Assembly: GCA_905182785.1 (NCBI GenBank)
Contig: CAJJDF010000016.1
Location: forward strand, 35,274-99,273
Source: an uncultured Flavobacteriales bacterium
GTDB lineage: Bacteria > Bacteroidota > Bacteroidia > Flavobacteriales_D > CAJJDF01
Direction of reading: 5' to 3'
Length of the DNA: 64,000 nucleotides
This document shows, one piece after another, positions 1-9,348 of this stretch. Position 1 is the first letter of the stretch, and each line of letters starts with the position of its first letter. The notes below the pieces were generated by a model. That model was not told where the DNA came from and made no database searches. It was given only the letters and a program-made list of their open reading frames with translations. The position numbers and the translations under genes are program-made.

Positions 1-1
1 A

Positions 2-382
2 AAAAAAGATTCTATGTTTAACACTCCTCCAGTCTACTCAATCTATGTTTCTATGCTTAATTTAAGGCATTTGAAAAAGATTGGTGGAGTATCAGCTCAA
101 CAAAAAATTAACGAAGAAAAAGCAAGAATTTTATATACTGAAATTGATAGAAATCCTTTATTCAAAGGAGTTGCTGCAACTGAAGACAGAAGTAATATGA
201 ATGCAACATTTGTATTGACTGACGAAAGCAAGCAAGCAAAATTTGATGAAATGTGGAAAGCTGCAAACATCAGTGGAATAAAAGGACACAGAAGTATAGG
301 AGGTTATAGAGCTTCTATGTACAATGCTTTGCCAGTATCCTCTGTGCAAGTATTGGTAGATGTAATGAAGGCTTTGGATTAA
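2..382 (+). CDS. serC: Phosphoserine aminotransferase, 3' part (runs off window start)
   Basis: NTPP, RSNMN and GHRSIGGYRASMYNA motifs of the SerC C-terminus; frame open from position 2. Confidence 0.93.
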   Translation, partial: KKDSMFNTPPVYSIYVSMLNLRHLKKIGGVSAQQKINEEKARILYTEIDRNPLFKGVAATEDRSNMNATFVLTDESKQAKFDEMWKAANISGIKGHRSIGGYRASMYNALPVSSVQVLVDVMKALD

Positions 383-396
383 CATTTAATTATTAC

Positions 397-438
397 GCAT
401 AAAAAAAGCTCCGAGAATTTCGGGGCTTTTTTTTATGC
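397..438. terminator. Bidirectional intrinsic terminator
   Basis: GCATAAAAAAAGCTCCGA...TCGGGGCTTTTTTTTATGC inverted repeat with A/T tracts between convergent genes. Confidence 0.85.
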
Positions 439-459
439 TATTATTTTTTAAAAAATTCG

Positions 460-687
460 TTAAGAATTTATTTTCTTCTTCATCTCATCTTTCTCTTCAC
501 AAGTCAAGCATTCTTGTGCTTGTGTAATGTTACCAAAAAGACTTTTGAAAACATGAGAAAATTTCTTGTAGCCTCTACATTTTCCACACCTTGCGTTATG
601 AAATCTTAACCTTATCTTTTCTTTAAAACTAAGTTCGTTCCAATCGTTACGATCTATTAAGTGTGCAGCTTCTTTACAATCTATCAT
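460..687 (-). CDS. Small soluble zinc-binding anti-sigma factor (ZAS/zf-HC2-like)
   Basis: N-terminal C and HxxxCxxC (HNARCGKC); overlaps the stop of the ECF sigma; no TM helix. Confidence 0.75.
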   Translation of the reverse strand: MIDCKEAAHLIDRNDWNELSFKEKIRLRFHNARCGKCRGYKKFSHVFKSLFGNITQAQECLTCEEKDEMKKKINS

Positions 688-1244
688 TAGTCAAACCATT
701 TTTTATCCAAACATTCCTTTAGCTGAATCTTAGCTCGGTGGATGATTACCCAAAAATTGGACGAAGTTATTTCATACTCATTACATATTTCTTCAGAATC
801 TTTATTGTCAATGAATTTATCAATAAAAATTCCTCTTTGTTTCTCTGGCAACAATTCAATGCAACTCATTAATGCTCCTCGCAGTTCAGTGTTTTCTATA
901 GTTGCTTCTGTTTCATTCACTTCTCTGTTGGGAGTTGTAGCTTCTATCCAGTTATTTTCGTTTTCATCATTGGAAGTGTATTGAGAAATAGGTCTAGTTT
1001 TTCTGCTTTGTTGTTGCCTCCAGTGGTCTATTATTTTTCGCTTAAGAATAGAAAAAAGCCAAGTCTTAACGGTACTTTTTTGTTCAAATCTATCCCAAGC
1101 TTTCAATGCAGAAAAAAATGTATCTTGGACTAAATCCTTGGCCAAATCACGATCACCAACTCTATTTGCTGCAAAATTAAAGAGCATATCAGAGTAATCG
1201 TCTACCCAGGTATTTAAATCTATGTCGCTTTTTTTCTTGACCAA
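687..1244 (-). CDS. ECF-type RNA polymerase sigma-70 factor
   Basis: Region 2 DLVQDTF...KTWLFSILKRKIID and region 4 LPEKQR...IHRAK. Confidence 0.9.
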   Translation of the reverse strand: MVKKKSDIDLNTWVDDYSDMLFNFAANRVGDRDLAKDLVQDTFFSALKAWDRFEQKSTVKTWLFSILKRKIIDHWRQQQSRKTRPISQYTSNDENENNWIEATTPNREVNETEATIENTELRGALMSCIELLPEKQRGIFIDKFIDNKDSEEICNEYEITSSNFWVIIHRAKIQLKECLDKKWFD

Positions 1245-1247
1245 AAA

Positions 1248-2021
1248 TTATGTTTTTTTTGCTTTTTCCCAATACATGTCCATTTCCTCCAAACTCATTT
1301 CCGACAGTTCTTTTCCGTCTTTTTTCGATTCAGTCTCAAGATATTGAAATCTTTTAATGAATTTTTTGTTTGTTCTTTCTAGGGCATTTTCAGGGTTTAC
1401 TCCTATAAATCTAGCATAATTAATTAAGGAAAACAATACATCCCCAAATTCATCTTCTATCTTATCAGTCTTTCCGTCAATCTCTACTTTTAGCTCCTCA
1501 ATTTCTTCTATTACTTTCTCCCACACTTGATCTTTGTTATCCCAATCAAATCCTATTCCTCGAGCTTTCTCTTGAATTCTAGCTGCTTTCACCAAAGCAG
1601 GAAGTGACCTTGGAACTCCTTCCAAAACTGATTTTTTTCCTGATTTAAGTTTTATTTTTTCCCAATTTCTTTTTACTTCTTCTTCCGTCTCGGCAATGGT
1701 ATCTCCATAAATATGAGGATGTCTTTCTACCAATTTATCGCACACACTATTTAGTGCATCTGCAATATCAAACTCATTGGTTTCAGAAGCAATTTTTGCA
1801 TAAAAAACGAGGTGAAGCATCACATCTCCAATCTCTTCTTTTATATCTTGCATGTTTCCATCTAAGATGGCATCTGCCAATTCGTAAGTTTCCTCTATGG
1901 TAAGATGACGGAGCGATTCTATCGTTTGTTTTTTATCCCAAGGACATTCGGCACGAAGCTCATCCATGATAATTAATAACCGCTCGAATGCTTTGAGTTT
2001 ATTTTGCATTTTGCTTTTCAA
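1248..2021 (-). CDS. mazG: Nucleoside triphosphate pyrophosphohydrolase MazG
   Basis: CPWDKKQT, EETYE, EEIGD, RHPHIYG and EFGD motifs; tandem MazG domains. Confidence 0.95.
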   Translation of the reverse strand: MKSKMQNKLKAFERLLIIMDELRAECPWDKKQTIESLRHLTIEETYELADAILDGNMQDIKEEIGDVMLHLVFYAKIASETNEFDIADALNSVCDKLVERHPHIYGDTIAETEEEVKRNWEKIKLKSGKKSVLEGVPRSLPALVKAARIQEKARGIGFDWDNKDQVWEKVIEEIEELKVEIDGKTDKIEDEFGDVLFSLINYARFIGVNPENALERTNKKFIKRFQYLETESKKDGKELSEMSLEEMDMYWEKAKKT

Positions 2022-2583
2022 ATAATTCCATTAATTCCTCATCCGATAAATCAATTGTTTTTAATCTCGCCTTGTGGTTCTCAATAGATGAGTGATTTGG
2101 AAATTTTTCTATGATTTCTTTAATCGCTTTTTTTGCTTCTTCCTTACTGTCCATTTTATCGTAAAGAAAAGCCCTTAAATTCATTTCTTCAATGATATTT
2201 GTGTCAGTTGAATTTTCGTCAATAATTAGAGTGTTCAATCTTATTGCTTCGTAATCTTGATTAAGTCCCATTGCAGCTCTCACACCTTTTCTAATGGCTT
2301 CTCTTCTGTGTTCGCTAGTTGTAAATTTTGAAGCATGTTTTTGTGCAGATTCCAACATTTTTATTGAATAAGCTTTACTTAACTCAAGCGAATCTTCGTT
2401 CATCAATTTCTTTTCCAACTCTTCCATGTAATAATACAATTCCATGTCGACCAATGAATCAAGGTTAGTTAGCATAAATTGCTCCTCTGCGTTTACAGCT
2501 TCTTCTACTGGAGTTGAAGGTTCTGAGTTACAAGAAAAAAGCAAAACTGCTGAACTGATTGTGATTAAAATTATTTTTTTCAT
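1999..2583 (-). CDS. Lipoprotein with TPR-like helical C-terminus
   Basis: Lipobox LLFSC; helical repeat ending IIEKFPNH. Confidence 0.6.
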   Translation of the reverse strand: MKKIILITISSAVLLFSCNSEPSTPVEEAVNAEEQFMLTNLDSLVDMELYYYMEELEKKLMNEDSLELSKAYSIKMLESAQKHASKFTTSEHRREAIRKGVRAAMGLNQDYEAIRLNTLIIDENSTDTNIIEEMNLRAFLYDKMDSKEEAKKAIKEIIEKFPNHSSIENHKARLKTIDLSDEELMELFEKQNAK

Positions 2584-2657
2584 TTTATTTTTTATTTCTG
2601 TAAATATATAATTTTTGAGATTTTATTAATCTCTATTTTACTTCATTTTTATACGGG

Positions 2658-3758
2658 TCATTTTACCAATTCCCCTTGGTCAATTTCAAAGGAAAAACAT
2701 TCGTATTTTCTTTTTTTGAAAAACGCAGGCAATCTTTTTGTATTGGTATCCGTAATAAATACTTGACCATATACTCCTTCACATATTTGGTTCATTAAAT
2801 GAGCGATCCTGTGTTCATCTAGTTTGTCATAAATGTCATCCAGCAATAAGATAGGCTTTGATTCTGTTTTGGATTCAATGTGCTTAAATTGTGCTAATTT
2901 CAATGCGATCAAAAATGTTTTTTGTTGTCCTTGTGAACCAAATTTTTTCAAGGGTCTGTTTTCAATTTCAAAACTAAAATCATCTTTGTGAGTTCCTTTG
3001 GTTGTGTAACCAATGAATTTCTCTTTGTATAAACTGTCCTTCAATAAATCCTCAAAATTCTTTTCATCCAATTGCGATTTATAATTCAATTGAGCGGTTT
3101 CGTTTCCTCCAGAAATAGTGGAGTAAATTTCATCAAAAACTAATTTAAATTCGGATATAAATTTCGTTCTGTGTTCATAAATTTCTTCTCCAACAGCTAT
3201 TAATTGTTCATCCCAAATTTGCAAAGATAATTCATCAAATTTTGCTCCTTGTTGTAGGTTTTTTAAAAATGCATTTCTTTGTACCAGCACTTTATTATAT
3301 TTAATAAGTGTTTGCAGGTACTTTTTGTCGTATTGAGAAATTATTAAATCTATAAATTTCCTCCTCGTTTCACTTCCATCATAAATCAAATTAGTATCCA
3401 TAGGAGAAATAAGAACTGTATTGATTAATCCAATGTGTTCAGATAATTTCTCGTATTCTTTCTTCCCTTTTTTGAAAACTTTTTTCTTCCCTCTTTTAAC
3501 TCCACAGTATACATTCTCAGGTTTTTCTTCTCCTTTAAATTCTCCTTGAATCACAAAAAAGTCTTCTTCGTTTTTTATGTTTTGGGAATCTACTGAGTTA
3601 AAAAAACTCTTGCAGTTTGATAAATAATAAATACCATCTAATAGGTTGGTTTTTCCCATTCCATTTTTACCCAAAAAACAGTTGACAAACGGAGATACTT
3701 TTACCTCTATTTGGTCGTAGTTTTTGAAATTAAGAAGAGAAATTTTATTTAAAATCAC
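2658..3758 (-). CDS. recF: DNA replication/repair protein RecF
   Basis: Walker A GKNGMGKTN, SQGQQK signature, LLLDD Walker B. Confidence 0.95.
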   Translation of the reverse strand: MILNKISLLNFKNYDQIEVKVSPFVNCFLGKNGMGKTNLLDGIYYLSNCKSFFNSVDSQNIKNEEDFFVIQGEFKGEEKPENVYCGVKRGKKKVFKKGKKEYEKLSEHIGLINTVLISPMDTNLIYDGSETRRKFIDLIISQYDKKYLQTLIKYNKVLVQRNAFLKNLQQGAKFDELSLQIWDEQLIAVGEEIYEHRTKFISEFKLVFDEIYSTISGGNETAQLNYKSQLDEKNFEDLLKDSLYKEKFIGYTTKGTHKDDFSFEIENRPLKKFGSQGQQKTFLIALKLAQFKHIESKTESKPILLLDDIYDKLDEHRIAHLMNQICEGVYGQVFITDTNTKRLPAFFKKRKYECFSFEIDQGELVK

Positions 3759-3877
3759 AGATTTATAATTCGTTTTGGAATTGATTACTAAAATACTATT
3801 TTTTGAACAAATTAACAGAGAAACCGAGGGGGATTTTGTAATTTGTAATTCATAATATTTTAATTCTAAAAGCAGAG

Positions 3878-5452
3878 ATGAAAAGATTTAAATCCAGTGT
3901 GTTGATGTTACTAGTTTTTACAGGGATAGTTTCTTGTGTAAAATTCAAAAAAGCAGATTTAGTAATCCATAATGCACGAATTTATACAGTAAATGGAGAG
4001 TTTGAAGTGGCCCAAGCCATGGCAATTACAGATGGAATAATTGTGGCTGTAGGGAAGGAGCATGAGATTATGAATAAATACAGAGCTTCAGAAATTATAG
4101 ATGCCGAAACTCGTCCGATTTACCCTGGTTTTATTGATGCACATTGCCATTTTTTAGGTTCTGGGCTTAATGGGTTGGCAGTAAATTTGAGTGAAGCAAA
4201 ATCCATGGAGGAAATTGTAGAGTTACTTCAAAACGGAAAGAAGGATAAGTTGGATTGGTTAATAGGTTTTGGTTGGGACGAAAATAAATGGGATTCTCCA
4301 GAACTTAATAATAACTTATTAAACGAAAAATTCACTGACATTCCTGTTATGCTTTGGAGAGTGGACGGGCACAGTTTACTTGCTAATAATATGGCTTTGC
4401 TTAAAACAGAGTTTATGCCAGAGTTATTTAATGGAATCGTAAAAGAAGAAAATATTCATCATTTTACTAAAGCAATAAACTATACCAAACAACAAAAAAA
4501 GAATGCGTTACGAAATTCGGAATCAGCTTTTTTTTCACAAGGAATTACTACAGTTTCTGATGCTGGATTAACCAAAGAAGAGGTAGAATTAATTCAATCT
4601 ATGCAAGAGTCAGGAACGCTTGAAATGAGAATTTATGCCATGCTTTTTCCTTCTCCAGAATCCTTAGAAATGGATGCGATTTTTGAAGATAGACTAACGG
4701 TAAACTCTTATAAAGTTATGCTAGATGGGAGTGTGGGGTCTAAATCTGCTTGTTTTAAATCTCCCTACCGAGGAACTAATAATTATGGAAAATTATTAAT
4801 GTCAAGAGATAGTTTGGCACGAATTGCACTCCTTGCTTACAACAAAGGTTTTCAGTTAAATGTTCATGCTATTGGAGATTCGGCAGTGAAAGTAGCCTTG
4901 GTTGAAATGGGAAAAGTATTGAAAGAAACGAACGGAATGACCTGGCGAATAGAACACGCACAATCTGTGAGCGAAGAAGATGTAAAACTATTTGGTCAGT
5001 ACAATATTATTCCTTCGGTTCAGCCTACACACTTGGTAGATGACATGAAAGCAGGAATTGTAAAATCTGTAGATAAAGAATCGCTTAAAAACTCATACCG
5101 ATTAAAATCCTTGTTGGAACAAAATCAAACTATAGCTTTAGGAACAGATTTTCCTGTAGCGAGTAAAAATCCAGTAGAGACTTTTTACAATGCCATTGTG
5201 AGAAACCCAAGAATAGAATTTCCGATTGCTGACAATGAAAATTTGACAAGGGAAGAAGCTCTTAAAGGGATTACATTTTGGCCAGCTTTAGCCAATAAAG
5301 AATACGGAACCAAAGGAACTATTGAAGTTGGAAAATTTGCTGATTTCGTAATCCTGAATCGTGACATTATGAAGGTGCCAGAAGAGGAAATAAAAGACGC
5401 CAAGGTTGTTTATACTTTTGTGAATGGAGTAATTGTATTTGAGAATAGGTAG
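3878..5452 (+). CDS. Amidohydrolase_3 (YtcJ-like) metal-dependent hydrolase, lipoprotein
   Basis: PGFIDAHCH, HAIGD, RIEHAQ, GTDFP and GKFADF motifs; lipobox IVSC. Confidence 0.88.
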   Translation: MKRFKSSVLMLLVFTGIVSCVKFKKADLVIHNARIYTVNGEFEVAQAMAITDGIIVAVGKEHEIMNKYRASEIIDAETRPIYPGFIDAHCHFLGSGLNGLAVNLSEAKSMEEIVELLQNGKKDKLDWLIGFGWDENKWDSPELNNNLLNEKFTDIPVMLWRVDGHSLLANNMALLKTEFMPELFNGIVKEENIHHFTKAINYTKQQKKNALRNSESAFFSQGITTVSDAGLTKEEVELIQSMQESGTLEMRIYAMLFPSPESLEMDAIFEDRLTVNSYKVMLDGSVGSKSACFKSPYRGTNNYGKLLMSRDSLARIALLAYNKGFQLNVHAIGDSAVKVALVEMGKVLKETNGMTWRIEHAQSVSEEDVKLFGQYNIIPSVQPTHLVDDMKAGIVKSVDKESLKNSYRLKSLLEQNQTIALGTDFPVASKNPVETFYNAIVRNPRIEFPIADNENLTREEALKGITFWPALANKEYGTKGTIEVGKFADFVILNRDIMKVPEEEIKDAKVVYTFVNGVIVFENR

Positions 5453-5556
5453 ATTATTCTAAGAAAATAAGTGGAAAGTTGTTGTTGAGAAATGGAGAAC
5501 GGACAATGATGGTAGAGCAGATATATAAGTAGGAAAACTCCTCCTTGACTATTCAA

Positions 5557-5580
5557 GTCCGTCTGAACGGAGTCGAAGAC
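5557..5580 (+). repeat. REP-like hairpin (GTCT-GA...GA-AGAC)
   Basis: GTCCGTCTGAACGGAGTCGAAGAC; shares CTGA...TCGAAG core with copies at 14.8 and 59.9 kb. Confidence 0.55.
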
Positions 5581-5626
5581 TGTAACGCGAATCGATTTAT
5601 TTTTATAAAGATTTCGTATTCTTTGT

Positions 5627-5653
5627 GAGATCCTGAAATGAATTCAGGATGAC
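5627..5653 (-). repeat. REP-like palindrome GTCATCCTGAATTCATTTCAGGATCTC
   Basis: ATCCTGAA/TTCAGGAT stem with GTC end; inverted relative to the 5557 element. Confidence 0.6.
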
Positions 5654-5750
5654 TGGAATAATAACTCAATAATTTGGGTAACTAATTGATAAGTTTATTT
5701 GAATTTCATCCTAATGAATAACTGTTTTCGCAACATCAATTATCAATTAA

Positions 5751-6398
5751 CTAATTCAACTCCCTATACATCCCAATCCAATCGGGGTTTTGCATGTCTT
5801 TAAATAACTCAAATATTTTTGGGCCATGAAAATAATCTTGAATTTGATTAACTCCGTATTTCTGTAAATAAACTGTTTGTGCGTAACTAGGTCGCCATCT
5901 ATTTGCAGACCAACCTCTGTCCTCATCAGGAACTATACTTGCACCTTTACTATACCTAGGATGAATAGAATAACGTAATTTCCATATATCCCAAACAGGC
6001 AAGCAAATTGGTCGCATATCTTCCCAAAGTGTATCTACATAGGTCATTCCACCTCTTAGGATGGGAACGTCTAAAATATACCCGCAATCAATTCCTACTT
6101 CCTTAAAAAAATCTATTCTTTCTGGGTTTGCAGAATTTTTTAATAAGCCTTTGGCATACATTACAAAATTTTCTTCAGTAATGTTTGATTTACTTACAAT
6201 TTCTCCCGTTAAAGAATTTATTTTAAGCATGACAAAGGTAACCGTTCCTGAGCTAGCAGTTGGGTTTATATTAAATCCTAATTCGTATTTAACACTAAAA
6301 TTAGTAGTTTGTGAATTAATACATAACGGAAACATTCCTACACAGAAAATAAGTGTAGATAGATAAAGATTAGGTATAATTTTTTTGATCACAGTCAT
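5751..6398 (-). CDS. Hypothetical exported protein
   Basis: ATG at 6398 (MTVIKK...) avoids overlap with upstream gene; hydrophobic N-terminus; no recognised domain. Confidence 0.6.
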   Translation of the reverse strand: MTVIKKIIPNLYLSTLIFCVGMFPLCINSQTTNFSVKYELGFNINPTASSGTVTFVMLKINSLTGEIVSKSNITEENFVMYAKGLLKNSANPERIDFFKEVGIDCGYILDVPILRGGMTYVDTLWEDMRPICLPVWDIWKLRYSIHPRYSKGASIVPDEDRGWSANRWRPSYAQTVYLQKYGVNQIQDYFHGPKIFELFKDMQNPDWIGMYRELN

Positions 6399-6436
6399 TC
6401 GTTTTGCTCTATTAAAAACAAAAATTAAGCCAAAAT

Positions 6437-7945
6437 TTACAACCTTTGTAGGGGAGTACAAACTCCATCTACGCAACTGTAACACTTTAGTTTATCTTTA
6501 AAAATAGAAGATTTAAAAACTGATTTATTCAGTAACATTCTCACACACTCCTGAATTCCTTCAATGATAGAAGGATGAGGATGAATAAGTTCGGCAAGTT
6601 CTTCTATTCCTTTGTCCATTTTTATAAGTAAAGCAACCGCCTGAATCGCACTAGAAGCGTGTTCTCCAATGGCTCTCATTCCAAGAATTTTCATTTCCTT
6701 GTCGTTGGTCACAATAATCTTAAAAAAACCTTCTGTTTTTCTCATGGCAATTGCACGGGCAATGCACGAATAATCTAATTTTACAACCTTAATCGGTATG
6801 TTTTGTTCGCCACATTGTTTTTCATTCATTCCCACAGCAGCCACTTCTGGATCTAGGAACATAATGTTACTAATGTTGTCGTAAGAAATTCTTTCTTTTT
6901 CTTCTTCCGAAAACATCCTTTCTACTGCATGTCTTCCTTCCAATTCTCCAACATTTACCAAGGATATATGTCCTGATACATCACCTACAGAGTATATATT
7001 AGGAACATTGGTTTGTGTATCGTCATCTCCAATGTGTCTTCCTCTTTTACTCATCAAGACACCAGCATTCTCCATTCCAATGTTTTCAAAATTTGGAATT
7101 CTACCAATAGAAAGCATTGCTTTTTCTACTCTTATTACTTCTTTTCTTCCGTCTTCGTAAGCTAATTCATATTCAACTTCTCCGTCTATTTTTTCTAACC
7201 TCACTAGGCTAGCTTTGTTGTGAATTGTTACTCCATTTTTCTTTAGGTTATTTTCTACCAAAGAAGAAATGTCACGGTCTTCGAAAGGAAGAATGTGATT
7301 TGCTTTATCTATCAAATATACTTTTGTTTTACTAAAACTAGAGAACATAGTTGCGTATTCACAACCAATCACTCCAGCCCCTACAATTACTAAGCTTGTT
7401 GGAAAAGCCTCCATGTGATGAATTCCATCACTGGTCATAATTGTTTTCTCATCTACATCAATAGTAGGAATTTTTCTTGGCCTACTTCCTGTTGCAATAA
7501 CTATGTTTTCTGCCCAAATTACAGTCTCGGTTTCGTCCTTTCTCATGATTTCTACTTCGTGTTTAGAAATCATTTTGGCCGTACCTTTTTCATAAGTAAA
7601 TCTATCTTTTAGTTTGGTGTCCAACATTTTTACGTGAGAAGAATACTGAAACTTACGTTCAAAAACTGCATCTTTGATCGTTTTTTGTACGTCATCCCAA
7701 GTTACTTCCAGTTGCCTTCTTCCTGCAGAATACAGAGAGGTATTTATTGTGTCGACTTTTCTCGAAAGTTCCCACATTGTTTTTGAAGTTAATGCTCCGT
7801 TATAAATTCCGGCTCCACCCAATTTGTTTTTTTCTATCAAAACAACTGATTTCCCAAAATCTACGGCTCTCATTGCGGCAGCATAGCCTGCAGGCCCTCC
7901 TCCAATGATGCACACATCAAATTTTTTAGTCGAATTTTCTTCCAC
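6437..7945 (-). CDS. Pyridine nucleotide-disulfide oxidoreductase (Lpd/SthA-like flavoprotein) lacking the redox CxxxxC
   Basis: GGGPAG FAD motif, ATGSRP, GAGVIG, dimerisation domain with HPHPSIIE. Confidence 0.85.
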   Translation of the reverse strand: MEENSTKKFDVCIIGGGPAGYAAAMRAVDFGKSVVLIEKNKLGGAGIYNGALTSKTMWELSRKVDTINTSLYSAGRRQLEVTWDDVQKTIKDAVFERKFQYSSHVKMLDTKLKDRFTYEKGTAKMISKHEVEIMRKDETETVIWAENIVIATGSRPRKIPTIDVDEKTIMTSDGIHHMEAFPTSLVIVGAGVIGCEYATMFSSFSKTKVYLIDKANHILPFEDRDISSLVENNLKKNGVTIHNKASLVRLEKIDGEVEYELAYEDGRKEVIRVEKAMLSIGRIPNFENIGMENAGVLMSKRGRHIGDDDTQTNVPNIYSVGDVSGHISLVNVGELEGRHAVERMFSEEEKERISYDNISNIMFLDPEVAAVGMNEKQCGEQNIPIKVVKLDYSCIARAIAMRKTEGFFKIIVTNDKEMKILGMRAIGEHASSAIQAVALLIKMDKGIEELAELIHPHPSIIEGIQECVRMLLNKSVFKSSIFKDKLKCYSCVDGVCTPLQRL

Positions 7946-8089
7946 TCTTATTTTTTTAATTTTAACTCGTATTCCATTACTTATCTAGCACAAGGTATGA
8001 ATTTTTTCACTTTTGTGCTTCATTTTAATTAATTCTTAATCAATTAGTTTTTGTAGTTTTGTGGTACTCGTTTTATAAAATGAATACCT

Positions 8090-8620
8090 ATGATGGAATA
8101 CCAAAAAATACTAGATCTTCCCAAGCAAACTGTAGATAAGAACAAAAGCTTTATTACTAAATTAAAAAGGAAGAAAGCAAACTCAATTGATGATATGTTT
8201 CACGAAAAGCACGAAGAGGTTTTTGAAGACATAGATTGCTTAAAATGCGGAAACTGTTGTAAAACGACAAGTCCTATTTTTAGAGAAATAGACATAAAAA
8301 GAATCGCAAAGAAACAAAAAATGAAAGCGGTTGATTTTATCGAAACTTACCTCAGGATAGATACAGATGGAGATTACGTTTTACAAACTTCACCTTGTGC
8401 TTTTTTGGATCAGGAAGATAATAGCTGTACCATTTATGATTACAGACCATTGGCTTGTGAAGGTTACCCACACACCAACAGAAAAAACATGTATCAAATT
8501 CTAGATTTGACGCTAAAAAACACAGAAATTTGCCCAGCGGTAGCAAGAATTGTAACCGAATTAGAAAAAGCTACTAATATGGATAGGCCAAAGCCTAGAA
8601 CTCAAGATGGAAGGGGTTAG
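8090..8620 (+). CDS. YkgJ family cysteine-cluster (Fe-S/Zn) protein
   Basis: CxxCxxCC, CAFL, CTIYDYRPLACEGYP. Confidence 0.85.
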   Translation: MMEYQKILDLPKQTVDKNKSFITKLKRKKANSIDDMFHEKHEEVFEDIDCLKCGNCCKTTSPIFREIDIKRIAKKQKMKAVDFIETYLRIDTDGDYVLQTSPCAFLDQEDNSCTIYDYRPLACEGYPHTNRKNMYQILDLTLKNTEICPAVARIVTELEKATNMDRPKPRTQDGRG

Positions 8621-8645
8621 GTTTAATCCCTATATATTTTATTAT

Positions 8646-8702
8646 TCTTAACGTTTTGGCTAAACTGCGTTTTAATGCAGTTTAGGTTTTGTTGTGTGTA
8701 GT
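8646..8702 (-). mobile_element. attC-like recombination hairpin
   Basis: Minus strand, just after the stop codon: ACACAAC-aaaac-CTAAACTGC-loop-GCAGTTTAG-ccaaaac-GTTAAGA. Confidence 0.6.
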
Positions 8703-8704
8703 TT

Positions 8705-9064
8705 TTAATTAGTTATTGTGAAATTAATTCTCACAGTTTCAACATTGGAACATCCAGTGGACTTACCTCCAGAGCAAGTTTCAATTTCAACAAAGTCCGT
8801 TCCAGTATAGTTTTGAAGAGGCTCATATTTATAAACTACACTCCAATTTGTGCTTGAGTCTCTAATCAATTCACTTTTTTGAAAATGTTGCGCTTGAGTC
8901 TGTATAGTTGCTCCTTCTTCATCGCCTGAAATCATTAAATCAATTTCATAGTCATCAGAATTATTGATAGTTACGTTTACCTCTCTATCACCATTTTCTT
9001 TGTTACAATTCGTAAGTGATAAGATACAAGTTGCTAAAAATAATAATTTCAGAATCTTCTTCAT
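8705..9064 (-). CDS. Hypothetical lipoprotein (Ig-like/beta-rich), putative cassette cargo
   Basis: Lipobox LTNC; YEPLQNYTGTDFVEI resembles Ig/cadherin-like strands. Confidence 0.7.
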   Translation of the reverse strand: MKKILKLLFLATCILSLTNCNKENGDREVNVTINNSDDYEIDLMISGDEEGATIQTQAQHFQKSELIRDSSTNWSVVYKYEPLQNYTGTDFVEIETCSGGKSTGCSNVETVRINFTITN

Positions 9065-9348
9065 ATGTTTTGATTTTAGATTTTAAGTTTGACAATGCAT
9101 TTTCTTAATCGATATTACACACAACAACCGAATATAGTTAACTGTTAAAAGTAATTGACTACTAATTAGTTGTTTTAGTTGAAACGAATGTAATTACTTT
9201 TTTTAATATCAGCAAAAAAAAAGTAGGGTGTTTTAATTAAAAGTTACTGATTGTTAGCAGGAAATAGGGCAAACTTTTTTATTGCTAATTTCGATTAAAA
9301 TAAAATGCAACTTTTTGGTTATTAAGTTCATCTTACAATTATTAAACT

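Noticed and set aside
5468-5528. Short frame ENKWKVVVEKWRTDNDGRADI* after the amidohydrolase
   Set aside because: Could be a gene relic but is too short to assign by eye
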